This document shows positions 1 to 9,818 of a stretch of DNA of 64,000 bases, piece by piece. The DNA comes from Nitrospirales bacterium (GTDB lineage Bacteria; Nitrospirota; Nitrospiria; Nitrospirales; UBA8639), in contig CBDBCZ010000019.1 in NCBI GenBank assembly GCA_965203295.1, positions 1,984,001 to 2,048,000 of the forward strand, given 5' to 3'. Under the pieces are notes generated by a model. The model was not told the DNA's origin and did not search any database. It saw only the letters and a list, made by a program, of their open reading frames with translations. How positions within the stretch are numbered: position 1 is the first letter of the stretch; each line of letters begins with the position of its first letter. A program made the translations under genes and the position numbers.

Positions 1-7
1 AATATCC

Positions 8-1102
8 ATGTCTACGACCTCGACCAATAAGTCCGATCGTCACGGATTTGCTGAAATTGTGAAAAAGGTGAAACCCGCGGTCGTCAACATTACGGCAAGA
101 ACACCATTGAACTCAGATCAATCTTCTCACTTTTTTGAGAAACCTGGTCTTCCTCAAAGACCTCGAGAACCATTTGGCAAGGGGATGGGCTCCGGCGTGA
201 TCGTGATACCAGATGGATTTGTGGTGACGAATCACCACGTCGTGGAAGGAGCCAAAGATGTGACGGTCATACTCCTTGACAAAAGAAAGTTTAAGGGGCA
301 AATAGTTGGGACGGATCCGCAATCTGATCTGGCCGTTGTCAAAATCAACGGTGAGAAACTCCCTTCCGTGCCTTGGGGTGATTCTTCAATACTCCAGGTC
401 GGCGATTATGTCTTGGCCATTGGAAATCCCTTTGGACTGAACTCGACTGTGACTCAGGGCATTGTCAGCGCATTGGGCCTTGTGGGCATGGGCATCACAC
501 AGTATGAGGATTTCATCCAAACCGACGCCGCGATTAATCCAGGGAACTCTGGAGGGGCTCTGGTTAATGTCGAAGGGAAACTCGTCGGTATCAACACCGC
601 CATCATATCCCGTACCGATGGATATCAGAGTGTGGGATTTGCGATTCCCGCCAACATGGGAAAACCAATTTACGACAGCTTGGTCCAAGACGGCAAAGTG
701 ACGAGGGGCTATTTGGGAGTGAGAATCCAAGAAGTCACGCCAGATTTGGCTCAATCACTTGGATTGCTAGAACCCAAGGGAGCCCTTGTGACGAACGTGA
801 AAGACGGAAGTCCTGCAAAGAAAGCCGGTCTCACAAGAGGAGACACGATCGTGAAATTTCAGGGGCATTCAATCACCGACCCGCGTTCCCTCCAGAGCGT
901 CGTGACCAGAACACCTGTAGGAACCTCCGTAACGATCACAGTCATTCGTGACAGCCATGAGCAAGAATTATCAACAGTCCTGACAGAACACCCAGATACC
1001 CTTCGACTTGCCCATGCAGAGCAAGGCTCCGAGGATATGAGCCGCCGAAGCCAACAGACCTTTTGCTATGTCACTAACGTGCCCTCCACCGAAACGCTAT
1101 GA
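8..1102 (+). CDS. Do/DegP-DegQ family (HtrA) serine protease; probably 5'-incomplete at the window edge and lacking the second PDZ domain
   Basis: Trypsin motifs VTNHHVV, SDLAVVKI and TDAAINPGNSGG, followed by one PDZ (RGYLGV..GSPAKKAGL). The frame is open to the left edge. The C-terminus after EQGSED is not PDZ-like. Confidence 0.85.
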   Translation: MSTTSTNKSDRHGFAEIVKKVKPAVVNITARTPLNSDQSSHFFEKPGLPQRPREPFGKGMGSGVIVIPDGFVVTNHHVVEGAKDVTVILLDKRKFKGQIVGTDPQSDLAVVKINGEKLPSVPWGDSSILQVGDYVLAIGNPFGLNSTVTQGIVSALGLVGMGITQYEDFIQTDAAINPGNSGGALVNVEGKLVGINTAIISRTDGYQSVGFAIPANMGKPIYDSLVQDGKVTRGYLGVRIQEVTPDLAQSLGLLEPKGALVTNVKDGSPAKKAGLTRGDTIVKFQGHSITDPRSLQSVVTRTPVGTSVTITVIRDSHEQELSTVLTEHPDTLRLAHAEQGSEDMSRRSQQTFCYVTNVPSTETL

Positions 1103-1116
1103 AGAGGAGGAATGCC

Positions 1117-2325
1117 ATGAAACTTCATAAAACAAATGGAATTGATCAACATTCTAAATCCAGCATGCACAGAGACAGAGACGAAGATCGAGACTTCATC
1201 GGAAATGGCTTTTCAATACATTCATCTTTGGAAACTGAAAGGCCAAGTTCACAAGGCGAGTATAATGGCCGTGCTCTCGAATCTATTTATTTTCGGGCTT
1301 TTGCGACTCGCCCAATCTTGAAGAGGGATCATGAGTTTGAATTAGCTAAACAAATTGATGACAGTTCCCAACGTATCCGGACTTTGATCACAGAAGCGAT
1401 ACGCATCATCAAACGATTGGGAACGAACCATAATCAAGATCAAGCCCTGAACACACTCAAGAATGTGAAAGGACTCAGCGGGCTCTCTGCTCCTTCTGTT
1501 GACGAAGTCCAGAGTACGTTATCCGAAGTCATGAATGCGCAAAGCATGATTAAAAGGAAACTCCAACAAATCCAGGATCACATTGCTCGGGCACGAACCA
1601 CTCTTGAGAAAGCCAAGGGAAGCCTGGTTCAGCGAAACCTGCGATTGGTGGTGGATATTGCCAAACGATTTTCCGGGCGCGGCCTTGCCATGCTTGACCT
1701 TGTCCAAGAAGGCAATATTGGCCTTATGCGTGCAGCAGAGCGGTTTCAGTACAAAAAAAGCTTTAAATTCAGCACATACGCCACCTGGTGGGTCAGGCAA
1801 GGAATCATGAGAGCCATAGCCGATCAATCACGGACCATTCGGATTCCTGTTCATACCACAGAGGCTTGGCAACGCATTACTCGGACCACCCAAAGTCTTG
1901 CCCAAAAATATGGACGAGAACCAGGGTATGAGGAAATTGGCCATTCTCTGGGTGTCACACCAGAACGTGTTCACGAAACTCTCCAGGCATTCCAAGAAAC
2001 CATCTCTTTGGACAGTCCTGGAACAGCAGAGGGAGACACTCATTTGGGAGAATATATCCCGGACGAGAATATCCTGCCACCGGATTATCACCTCGAAGAA
2101 CACCAAACAACGAGGCGAGTGAACCAAATCCTGGGAACCTTGCCCCCTCGAGAACGAGAGATTATTCGCTTACGATTTGGCATCGGGCAAGACCAACCTG
2201 CGACATTGGAAGAAGTAGGCCAAACGATGGGGGTCACCCGTGAGCGGATTCGTCAAATTGAGATGGTTGCCCTACAGAAACTACGCGAACCTGCCATCAA
2301 ACACATGTTTGCGGAGATTCGGTAA
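1117..2325 (+). CDS. RpoD/SigA-family (group 1/2-like) sigma-70 factor
   Basis: NLRLVVDIAKR, DLVQEGNIGLM, KFSTYATWWVRQ and region 4 TLEEVG..VTRERIRQIE. GAGGAGG precedes the ATG at 1117 (the ORF track starts at 1099). Confidence 0.93.
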   Translation: MKLHKTNGIDQHSKSSMHRDRDEDRDFIGNGFSIHSSLETERPSSQGEYNGRALESIYFRAFATRPILKRDHEFELAKQIDDSSQRIRTLITEAIRIIKRLGTNHNQDQALNTLKNVKGLSGLSAPSVDEVQSTLSEVMNAQSMIKRKLQQIQDHIARARTTLEKAKGSLVQRNLRLVVDIAKRFSGRGLAMLDLVQEGNIGLMRAAERFQYKKSFKFSTYATWWVRQGIMRAIADQSRTIRIPVHTTEAWQRITRTTQSLAQKYGREPGYEEIGHSLGVTPERVHETLQAFQETISLDSPGTAEGDTHLGEYIPDENILPPDYHLEEHQTTRRVNQILGTLPPREREIIRLRFGIGQDQPATLEEVGQTMGVTRERIRQIEMVALQKLREPAIKHMFAEIR

Positions 2326-2350
2326 GCATAGTAGGGGTGGAGGATGATAG

Positions 2351-2584
2351 GGCAGTATCTGGAAAGTGTAAAAACTTGAATTTCAGTTGACGACCACTGT
2401 CAAATGAAGTTGGGAATGCCTACGACACGCAGGGACCTGAGTCGGCATCCCCGCTAAAACATTGCGGGGATGCCGGGGTCAGGATCCACGAGCCACACCC
2501 CTCTAGCTTTTCAGAACTTCTCGGGACCTATCTGAAATAACAAAACCAAACTTTATACTTGAAACTCCCTTCCCAGACACTGCC
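2351..2584. mobile_element. MITE-like element, apparently nested (outer IR pair plus inner TGTAAA-type element with a GC hairpin)
   Basis: Outer IR GGCAGTATCTGGAAAG (2351-2366) / CTTCCCAGACACTGCC (2569-2584), 14/16. Positions 2367-2392 are identical to 10523-10548. Perfect 12-bp hairpin CGGCATCCCCGC/GCGGGGATGCCG at 2443-2475. Confidence 0.6.
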
Positions 2585-2612
2585 TGAAAGAACAACACCA
2601 AGTTTTTACCTA

Positions 2613-4706
2613 TCAATCAATACCCGCCAGGTCGCAGAGAAAGGTATAGATATAAGCGAGTTCCTTGTACTTCCTGAAGCGTCCGGATACCCCACCGTGA
2701 CCAGCGTCTATGTTAGTTTTTAATAAGATACGAGTCGGATTCGTTTTCAGTGCACGTAATTTGGCAACCCACTTGGCTGACTCCCAGAACTGCACCTGGG
2801 AGTCATGTAAGCCGGTCGTCACCAGCAAATGAGGGTAATCTTTCGCTTCCACATTATCGTAAGGTGAATGCGAAAGGATATAGTCGTACTGTTCTTTTAT
2901 GTTTGGATTCCCCCATTCATCGTATTCACCTGTTGTGAGAGGAATGCTGGGATCCAACATAGTGGTGATCACATCCACAAAGGGTACCTGAGCAATCACT
3001 CCTTTAAATACATCGGGACGCATGTTCATGACGGCGCCCATCAACAGTCCTCCGGCACTTCCTCCCATCGCAAAGAGCATGTCAGGATTTCCATACCCAT
3101 TGCGGATAAGGTGTTCGCCACATGCGATAAAATCTGAAAAGGTATTTTGTTTCTTGAATAATTTACCCTCCTCATACCAGGTTCGCCCCAACTCTTCCCC
3201 CCCTCGAACGTGGGCAATGGCAAAAACAAATCCTCGATCAAGAAGTGACAACCTGGGGGAGCTAAATGCCGCATCCATACTGGCCCCATAGGAACCGTAG
3301 CCATAAAGCAGAAGAGGATTCTGACCAGGTCTTTTGAAGTCCTTTCGATAGACAATGGAAATGGGAACTTCAACACCATCCTCCGCCTTGGCCCACACCC
3401 GCTCTGTTTGATAAAGGCTGGACTCAAACCCTCCCAACACTTCTTCTTGCTTCAGAAGGGTTTTTTCTCGATTCACAAGATTATAGTCAAACACAGAATG
3501 GGGTGTGGTCATGGAGGTATATTCAAAACGAAGCATCGTGGTATCGAGTTCTGGGTTGTCCCCCAAGGAAACAAGATAGACAGGTTCCCCAAAGTCAAGG
3601 TCATGCGCTCCTTCGCCCTCCCAAGGAATGATGCGGAGATGCACAAGCCCCTTTTTGCGTTCTTCCACAACGAGGTGATCTTTGAACAGCTCGAAGGATT
3701 CAAGAAGCACCTCATCACGATGAGGAATGACCTCCTGCCAATGATCTTTCCCCGAGTTAGCAACCGGCGTCATCGCTAACCGAAAGTTCTTAGCCTTGTC
3801 GTTCGTACGAATGTAAAACGATTCCTCAACGTGGTCTACATCATATTCATGATCACGCTCTCTTGGCGCGATTATCCTAAAGTCTCCACAAGGATTGTTC
3901 GCCTCAAGGTAACGATATTCACTGCTCACGGTTTGGTGCGAGGCAATGAATACATATTGTTTTGATTTGGACTTCATCACATAGGTGGAAAAGGTCTCAT
4001 CTTGTTCCTCGTAAACAAGTTGCTCCTGTGACACGTTGTTTCCCAAGATGTGTCGCATCACTTGGTACGACCGCAGCGTGTTCGGATCCTGTTTGGCATA
4101 AAAAATAGTTTGGTTATCATTGGCCCAGGCCATATTGCCAGTTACCCCAGAGATCACATCTGCCAACGTTTCGCCCGTCATCAAATTTTTGAAATGAATC
4201 GTGTAGATTCGACGGCCCTGCGTATCGACCGCATAAGCCAGAATGTCTTGACCATAACTCACGACACACCCACCCACGGCGAAAAATTCATGCCCCTCTG
4301 CTAGCACATTCACGTCCAGCATGAGGTATTCGTCTCGTTCCAATGAGCCTTTTTTTCGACAAAACAACGGATATTCGCATCCCTCTTCGAATCGCGTATA
4401 GTAGTAATAATCATCTAACTTATACGGAACCGACAAATCAGTTTGTTTGATCCTGCCTTTGATTTCTTCAAACATCGAGGCTTCGAAGTTTTCCCGGTGA
4501 GCCATCACGGCCTTGGCATAGTCATTTTCAGCTTCAAGATACTTCACCACCTCAGGGTTTTCTCGTTCCTTTAGCCAATAATAATTATCAATTCGGATAT
4601 GTCCATGCCGTTCCAAACGCTTAGGGATTTGCGGGACTCTCGGAGGTGACATATTTTCTCGGCTCTCAGGGTTGGACATAAGCGAAACTCCTTTAGGATT
4701 CATCAT
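2613..4706 (-). CDS. ptrB: Oligopeptidase B (S9A, protease II)
   Basis: DNYYWL N-terminus, YGYGSYG, GGSAGG nucleophile, DSQVQFWE and AGHGG. Confidence 0.93.
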   Translation of the reverse strand: MMNPKGVSLMSNPESRENMSPPRVPQIPKRLERHGHIRIDNYYWLKERENPEVVKYLEAENDYAKAVMAHRENFEASMFEEIKGRIKQTDLSVPYKLDDYYYYTRFEEGCEYPLFCRKKGSLERDEYLMLDVNVLAEGHEFFAVGGCVVSYGQDILAYAVDTQGRRIYTIHFKNLMTGETLADVISGVTGNMAWANDNQTIFYAKQDPNTLRSYQVMRHILGNNVSQEQLVYEEQDETFSTYVMKSKSKQYVFIASHQTVSSEYRYLEANNPCGDFRIIAPRERDHEYDVDHVEESFYIRTNDKAKNFRLAMTPVANSGKDHWQEVIPHRDEVLLESFELFKDHLVVEERKKGLVHLRIIPWEGEGAHDLDFGEPVYLVSLGDNPELDTTMLRFEYTSMTTPHSVFDYNLVNREKTLLKQEEVLGGFESSLYQTERVWAKAEDGVEVPISIVYRKDFKRPGQNPLLLYGYGSYGASMDAAFSSPRLSLLDRGFVFAIAHVRGGEELGRTWYEEGKLFKKQNTFSDFIACGEHLIRNGYGNPDMLFAMGGSAGGLLMGAVMNMRPDVFKGVIAQVPFVDVITTMLDPSIPLTTGEYDEWGNPNIKEQYDYILSHSPYDNVEAKDYPHLLVTTGLHDSQVQFWESAKWVAKLRALKTNPTRILLKTNIDAGHGGVSGRFRKYKELAYIYTFLCDLAGID

Positions 4707-4736
4707 GGGAAAAAGGCCACATGGGCGAGGGTTATC

Positions 4737-5195
4737 TCATTCTTCATCAGACAGATGCCGTGTGGATCGCATCTTTTTTACAAGGCTTTGCTGTCTCTTA
4801 TCCTTCACCTTGCGGACACGAGCAACCGAAGGGATCGACGTGCGTTTTCGGATTGCTCTGGGATGAAGGGCGTCGACAATAAGGGCGGAGAACCGGGCAA
4901 GCAAGTCAGCTCGATTCGCAGCCTGACTTCGATGGCGTTGAGCATGAAGCTTCAACACTCCGTCTTTATTGATACGTGTTCCCACGGCTTTCGTGATCTG
5001 CCCTTTTTGTTCCTTCGTCAGAATCTGTGAACGCGATAGATCAAAATGTAATGTGACTCGGCTATTGACCTTATTCACATACCGTCCCCCTGGCCCGCCA
5101 CTGCGAGAGGCTGTAAATCCTATTTCCTTTTGCAAATCCGTCAAGAGTCTTTCGAAGGAACTCATATCTTGAACCAATTGAGAACTAGATTCCAA
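4737..5195 (-). CDS. arfB: Alternative ribosome-rescue peptidyl-tRNA hydrolase ArfB/YaeJ with the catalytic GGQ changed to GGR
   Basis: SRSGGPGGRYVNKVNSRVTL, RSQAANR and a basic C-terminal tail. Confidence 0.85.
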   Translation of the reverse strand: MESSSQLVQDMSSFERLLTDLQKEIGFTASRSGGPGGRYVNKVNSRVTLHFDLSRSQILTKEQKGQITKAVGTRINKDGVLKLHAQRHRSQAANRADLLARFSALIVDALHPRAIRKRTSIPSVARVRKVKDKRQQSLVKKMRSTRHLSDEE

Positions 5196-5328
5196 ACCCA
5201 GTTCACTAATTTATGAGGTTTCTTATTACTCCTGCAACCAGAAGGAGACAAAAATATCTCAACCCGATTCAAGAAAGGAACATGGGGGATTTAGAAAAAA
5301 GATAGAGAAATGAAAGCAGGTAGGCTCA

Positions 5329-5365
5329 GGAGGGGGGCTTCACTCTGGCGCGAACGCCCCCTCCC
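5329..5365 (-). terminator. Possible hairpin terminator downstream of hsp20
   Basis: GGAGGGGGC...GCCCCCTCC inverted repeat 30-65 nt after the hsp20 stop; the U-tract is weak. Confidence 0.4.
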
Positions 5366-5394
5366 GAATCGAGGAAAGTGGGTAATCCACATCT

Positions 5395-5832
5395 TTACTT
5401 CGCTTCTATTGGAATGAACCGTGGTTTGGCTTTCTCCTGCTTTGCTACAGTGATCGTCAAAATCCCACGATCATATGTCGCCTTACTTTCGTCAGGATTC
5501 ACATAGGTCGGCAAGGAAAAGGTCCGGGCAAATGTCCCATATTGGGCCTCCCTGAAGAGATAGCCGTCCTTATTTTCATCGTGCTCAACCTTGTGCTCAC
5601 CTTTCAATTGCAGATTCCTATCAGTCACAGAAATCGTCACATCTTTCATATCAATGCCCGGCAATTGGGCCTCAAGGTATAAATTTTCTTTGTCCTCATA
5701 GACATTTACCGCTGGTGTAAAATTCGCAACTTCACCATTCCGGTCATCCCACACGGGCCCACGAAACGGGTGTCCCTCCCACCAGTTGAGGGTTTGTTCA
5801 ATTTCTTTAAACGGATCCCATTTGACCAACAT
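5395..5832 (-). CDS. Hsp20/alpha-crystallin small heat-shock protein
   Basis: PAVNVYE, LPGID, YGTFARTFSLP, ATYDRGILTI and C-terminal IPIE; strong AGGAGG RBS. Confidence 0.95.
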   Translation of the reverse strand: MLVKWDPFKEIEQTLNWWEGHPFRGPVWDDRNGEVANFTPAVNVYEDKENLYLEAQLPGIDMKDVTISVTDRNLQLKGEHKVEHDENKDGYLFREAQYGTFARTFSLPTYVNPDESKATYDRGILTITVAKQEKAKPRFIPIEAK

Positions 5833-5982
5833 AATATATCCTCCTTTTTTATCAGAAATTTACTTCGTTTTAGGCGCCTCTGACATTTTAGATAAGTCGC
5901 CTCTGGAAAAAGTCAAGCGAAGCATGTGTCAACATTTGACACAACCTTAATACGGAAAAAAATTAAAGAGTGCGAATGAAGG

Positions 5983-7752
5983 TTATTGAGACGCTGAGAA
6001 GGGAAGCCGGGTATTCTGGCGTTGGGCAAGGGTATCATCAAATACATTTTGATATTTCTGGACTGCTGTCTCCCAAGAAAACCGGTCCAGCATTTGGAAC
6101 CCTTGAAAAATCATGTTGGCATAATCTACTTGTCGATTACGGTAAAGATCAATCGCATCGAGAAATGCTTGAGTGGCAGCTTTAACCATGGCGTCAAATA
6201 AGGGAGTTCCCCTTCGATCATCTAAACGATCTCCAAGAGGCCAGTACCCACAAGTCAAAATTTTTCGCCACCCCGATTCAAGGACATCGGGAGGCATATC
6301 AGTTTCTCGAAAAAGAAAGCCAGTGGGTGGGTCTTGGGATGTGTGAAATTGAGCTGCTAACCTTCTTACCTCATCAGTAGAGCATCGCGATGGGTAAGGG
6401 GCAACTTGTTGAACGAGCCCTCCCGTGGCCCGCGCAACGACAGGAGTTCCCACAACATAACCTTCAGTCGCGCCTCCAAAGGGTTCATACAACGAACACA
6501 TGACCAAAAAGGACGCTCCACGCTGCAGTTCGATATATCCTTGAGCCATACGAAATGGAAAGACTTTCATCTCTCCCGGTCTCTGCTCGGTCAAGGCTTT
6601 TAAGAAACCTAACCCTTCTAGCCCCTCATCACCTGGAATTGAGGTAAACACAAACTTTGCTACGCCAGGCGGAAGCTCTTGGATAGCTGCCACAGCCAAG
6701 TCATATCCTTTTTGACGAGGATCATCACGGCCAAATAACAGAAACACGGGCCCGTCAAAATTCGACCAATCGAGCCTGCCCCAAGCCTGATGTGGTTGAT
6801 AGTGCGTAAGGACTTGAATCATGGTCTTTCGTCGATTTGCTTTTTCTTCCAATAGCGGGGAGAAATTTCCATTGTTGGCTGCATCCAGTGCATGTTCAGG
6901 ATAGTCCAGGGTTCCGAAGAGACCATTATTAATGCCAATGATCCCTTTCTTGTTAAAATGAACTTGAAGGTTTGGGGCATAGACAACCGTATGAAGAGGA
7001 TCATGAAGCAACTCTTGAGCGAAATGATCCGAAACCGTGCAGAGAGGCCCGTGCATTAAAGGGATCATTTTGGTCAGGATAGTCGATCCCGGCAGCCGGG
7101 TTTTCGCAATTTTGCCAATCTCGGCTTCACTGACATCGTGGTCATAAGAATTATGCAAGGTCAGAACGCAGGCAGCAGCGTCAATGGCTGACTCTTCTCT
7201 CACAGCAAAAGCCACACAAGCGGTTTCCCAATCTTGTAAACTCAGAATGAGGTTCTTAGTAAACCCAAGTTTAATTAATGCCTTGGGAAGGGCAGCGCAG
7301 AAAAACAAGGCATCCTGCAGCAATTGCGCGGGGTTGTCAGGATTCAAATAGGGATTAAAAGGGGATTTGGGGGAAGGGGGATCTCCTCCATCACACGGAG
7401 CATTAAAAAAATCCTGGCTGTCGAGAAGATAAGTCTGAAATCCAGCCGAATCGGAATGCTGTAAGACCTCAATAGAATGGACTTGCTTGCCAAACCGAAG
7501 GTGAAACCGATGCCCTGTCGATTGGATTTCTGAATTGATTTTTTTTCGGGAAGTTATCTGCTGAAAATACGGGGCGATGGTGAAACAGGATCCATAGCCT
7601 GCTTGGGCCATCCGCTTGGGCAACACTCGCATAACGGCACTGAGTCCGCCCAAGGGAGCAAATTCGCTTTCAAACGTGACAAAAACAACCGTTTTTTCGT
7701 ATGAGGGAATGTGCGGTGCGCATGGATGCCTTCCAATCCTTTTCACATACAC
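5983..7752 (-). CDS. Glycogen/starch synthase-like GT5/GT-B glycosyltransferase
   Basis: VFVTFESEFAPLGGLS, LQDWETA, LTLHN, GRDDPRQKGYD, SLYEPFGG and PVVARATGGL. Confidence 0.8.
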   Translation of the reverse strand: MYVKRIGRHPCAPHIPSYEKTVVFVTFESEFAPLGGLSAVMRVLPKRMAQAGYGSCFTIAPYFQQITSRKKINSEIQSTGHRFHLRFGKQVHSIEVLQHSDSAGFQTYLLDSQDFFNAPCDGGDPPSPKSPFNPYLNPDNPAQLLQDALFFCAALPKALIKLGFTKNLILSLQDWETACVAFAVREESAIDAAACVLTLHNSYDHDVSEAEIGKIAKTRLPGSTILTKMIPLMHGPLCTVSDHFAQELLHDPLHTVVYAPNLQVHFNKKGIIGINNGLFGTLDYPEHALDAANNGNFSPLLEEKANRRKTMIQVLTHYQPHQAWGRLDWSNFDGPVFLLFGRDDPRQKGYDLAVAAIQELPPGVAKFVFTSIPGDEGLEGLGFLKALTEQRPGEMKVFPFRMAQGYIELQRGASFLVMCSLYEPFGGATEGYVVGTPVVARATGGLVQQVAPYPSRCSTDEVRRLAAQFHTSQDPPTGFLFRETDMPPDVLESGWRKILTCGYWPLGDRLDDRRGTPLFDAMVKAATQAFLDAIDLYRNRQVDYANMIFQGFQMLDRFSWETAVQKYQNVFDDTLAQRQNTRLPFSASQ

Positions 7753-7897
7753 TCCTCTCGCCCATCCTTCATCGTGAATGGGAAAACCATCGGAAGTGGA
7801 TTAGAGAACGGCAAGGAAAGAATCCAACGACCCTAGCTCACTCCTAAACACATTTCAAGAACAGTTCAAGAGAGCCCAATAGAATGCCCTATCTTCA

Positions 7898-8125
7898 CTA
7901 CTCCGGAAGCAGCATATACGCAGCAATCAAGATCAGTGGAGTCGCAATTCTACCCGCTGTTTTGCCCAAGACGTCAAACACTCCATAGATCAAAATGATG
8001 GCAATGAAAGAGAAATACATGGCCGCAATGCCTCCGTAACTCGCCGATGGTTCGTTGGCAAGAGCAACTTTGGGAAGGAGACAACTTAAACTTCCCAGTA
8101 GTCCGTAGAATGCACGCTTGATCAT
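7898..8125 (-). CDS. Small membrane protein of unknown function
   Basis: AAGGAGGG RBS, signal-peptide-like N-terminus (ALA) and two hydrophobic segments. Confidence 0.7.
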   Translation of the reverse strand: MIKRAFYGLLGSLSCLLPKVALANEPSASYGGIAAMYFSFIAIILIYGVFDVLGKTAGRIATPLILIAAYMLLPE

Positions 8126-8433
8126 AAGGTTCCCTCCTTATTGAACAGTTCGCTCAGGTCGCAATAAACCTAAGCTTCCTTTTGAACATACAACTTTTGT
8201 TTTTTTGACGCCGTTTTATGGCCCATAACTGCCTAAAAAATGGGGTGCAAATAGCCAATTGAGAAATCGGCATCGAGTTCACCGATTTCCTATCAAGACC
8301 AACCCAAAAGAAGGCCAAGATCAGCATAATTAAACGTAAAGGAGCGGGGAAGTCAAGAGGATTTACGAAATTCAGATCAAGATTTTGCTTTTCCCTGTAG
8401 TTGGTCCTGTTGGATCAGATATATGCCTGATTT

Positions 8434-8772
8434 TCAACGAAGAATGGCTATCATAATCCCCACCGAGATCATATATAGAGTCATGGCACCAGCAAAAGAA
8501 AGCCAAAAACCTAATCGGTTGATGCCGAAAATCATGACCATCACGTAGACAAACCAGGGAGGAGATAACCATATCAAGTTTTTAGCAAAGGAGAGGGTGT
8601 GGTCATTCCCCGTATTGAGATAAATGAGAATAAACGTCACCCCGCTAATCATGGGGAATGTGCTGGCAAGGGCGGCAAAAAATCCCTTTCCATGAGAACC
8701 CAAGTACGTAGAAAGAGAGACCAGTGTTCCACCTAGGATAAAGTATAGGAGATATTTGACCCATTCGTTCAT
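8434..8772 (-). CDS. DUF3147/GlpM-like small four-TM membrane protein
   Basis: YFILGGTLVS..AALASTFP pattern; ATGA overlap with the upstream gene. Confidence 0.65.
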   Translation of the reverse strand: MNEWVKYLLYFILGGTLVSLSTYLGSHGKGFFAALASTFPMISGVTFILIYLNTGNDHTLSFAKNLIWLSPPWFVYVMVMIFGINRLGFWLSFAGAMTLYMISVGIMIAILR

Positions 8773-9818
8773 AGCCCACCCGAAATCATGAGTTCGGAAG
8801 AAACAGCGTTTCCTTCTTTAAAAGCCTCCTGAGCCTCACGAATGATCACATGTCCCATCCCTGTATACCTGGGAGAAAAATGGAACACGACTAACTCTCG
8901 CACACCTGCCTTGTTGGCCAGAATGCCGGCTTGTTGAGCGGTCAGATGGTGTCGCTCATAGGCTTTGTCCGCATCACGTCCTAAATACGGAGCTTCACAA
9001 AAGAAGACATCCGCCCCCCGTGCAAGCTCAACGATTTTCTCTTCATTTTCTGGGTCAAACCGGCAGTCAACAACATAGGCGATTTTTTGCCCTCGCGTCA
9101 TGGTGGTAAATTGGTCCCGCACTTGACCCAGAATAAATTCTCGCTCTTCTTTCCTGTGCTCAAAATACAACGTGGCAAGAAATCGAAAGTCATCCGGCCG
9201 CCCTTCCCATAGGTACTGTTTGACCTCCTTCAGCCATGACCCGACGGGAAGCCCGACTGCATGGAGTCGCTCCTTGTTGATATTAATGTGAAATTGTTCT
9301 TGAAGGGCAAAGGCCAAAGACGGAATGCGATGGTTCAACGCCACCGACCAAATCGAGAACATCGGATCTTCCAGCATAGGGAAAACGCCGGATCGATCCA
9401 ATGGGTGAGAGTCGCCTGGCTGTAACGTAAACCCTTCTCCAGCCTCAAAGGTCGCGACTTTGATTTCATGTGGGTGAAATTCTCGCACTTCAATGATGAG
9501 AGGATATCCATCGACTAAATTCCATATGTACCCTCGAAGCTTCCCCTCAACATTCTCAATCAGACCTGGAGGCCCATAGAAGCGCAAAGTTTTCCCACGG
9601 CCCAAAGCCATACGGAGAAGACGATCAAAACCGATAAAGTGATCCATGTGGGTATGAGAAACAAAGACATTTCTCGCTCGCAAGAGTCTCGTGGGAGACA
9701 GAGATTCATTCGAACCCAGATCGAAAAGCAGAGCCCGACGCGACCATCGAACCTCCACATACAACCCTGGATCCCAAAACACATCATTCACAAGTTGCGG
9801 TGAAAAAGAAGGGGTCAT
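8769..9818 (-). CDS. Ribonuclease Z-like MBL-fold metallo-hydrolase
   Basis: LLFDLG, SHTHMDHFIG (HxHxDH), LNHRIPSLAF, HHLTAQQAG and FHFSPRY; likely start MTPSF at 9818 by ATGA overlap. Confidence 0.85.
   Translation of the reverse strand: MTPSFSPQLVNDVFWDPGLYVEVRWSRRALLFDLGSNESLSPTRLLRARNVFVSHTHMDHFIGFDRLLRMALGRGKTLRFYGPPGLIENVEGKLRGYIWNLVDGYPLIIEVREFHPHEIKVATFEAGEGFTLQPGDSHPLDRSGVFPMLEDPMFSIWSVALNHRIPSLAFALQEQFHININKERLHAVGLPVGSWLKEVKQYLWEGRPDDFRFLATLYFEHRKEEREFILGQVRDQFTTMTRGQKIAYVVDCRFDPENEEKIVELARGADVFFCEAPYLGRDADKAYERHHLTAQQAGILANKAGVRELVVFHFSPRYTGMGHVIIREAQEAFKEGNAVSSELMISGGL

Noticed and set aside
8230..8260. NtrC-like site TGCCTAAAAAATGGGGTGCA upstream of the small membrane gene
   Set aside because: Spacing does not fit the 17-bp consensus, and no matching sigma54 element was found.
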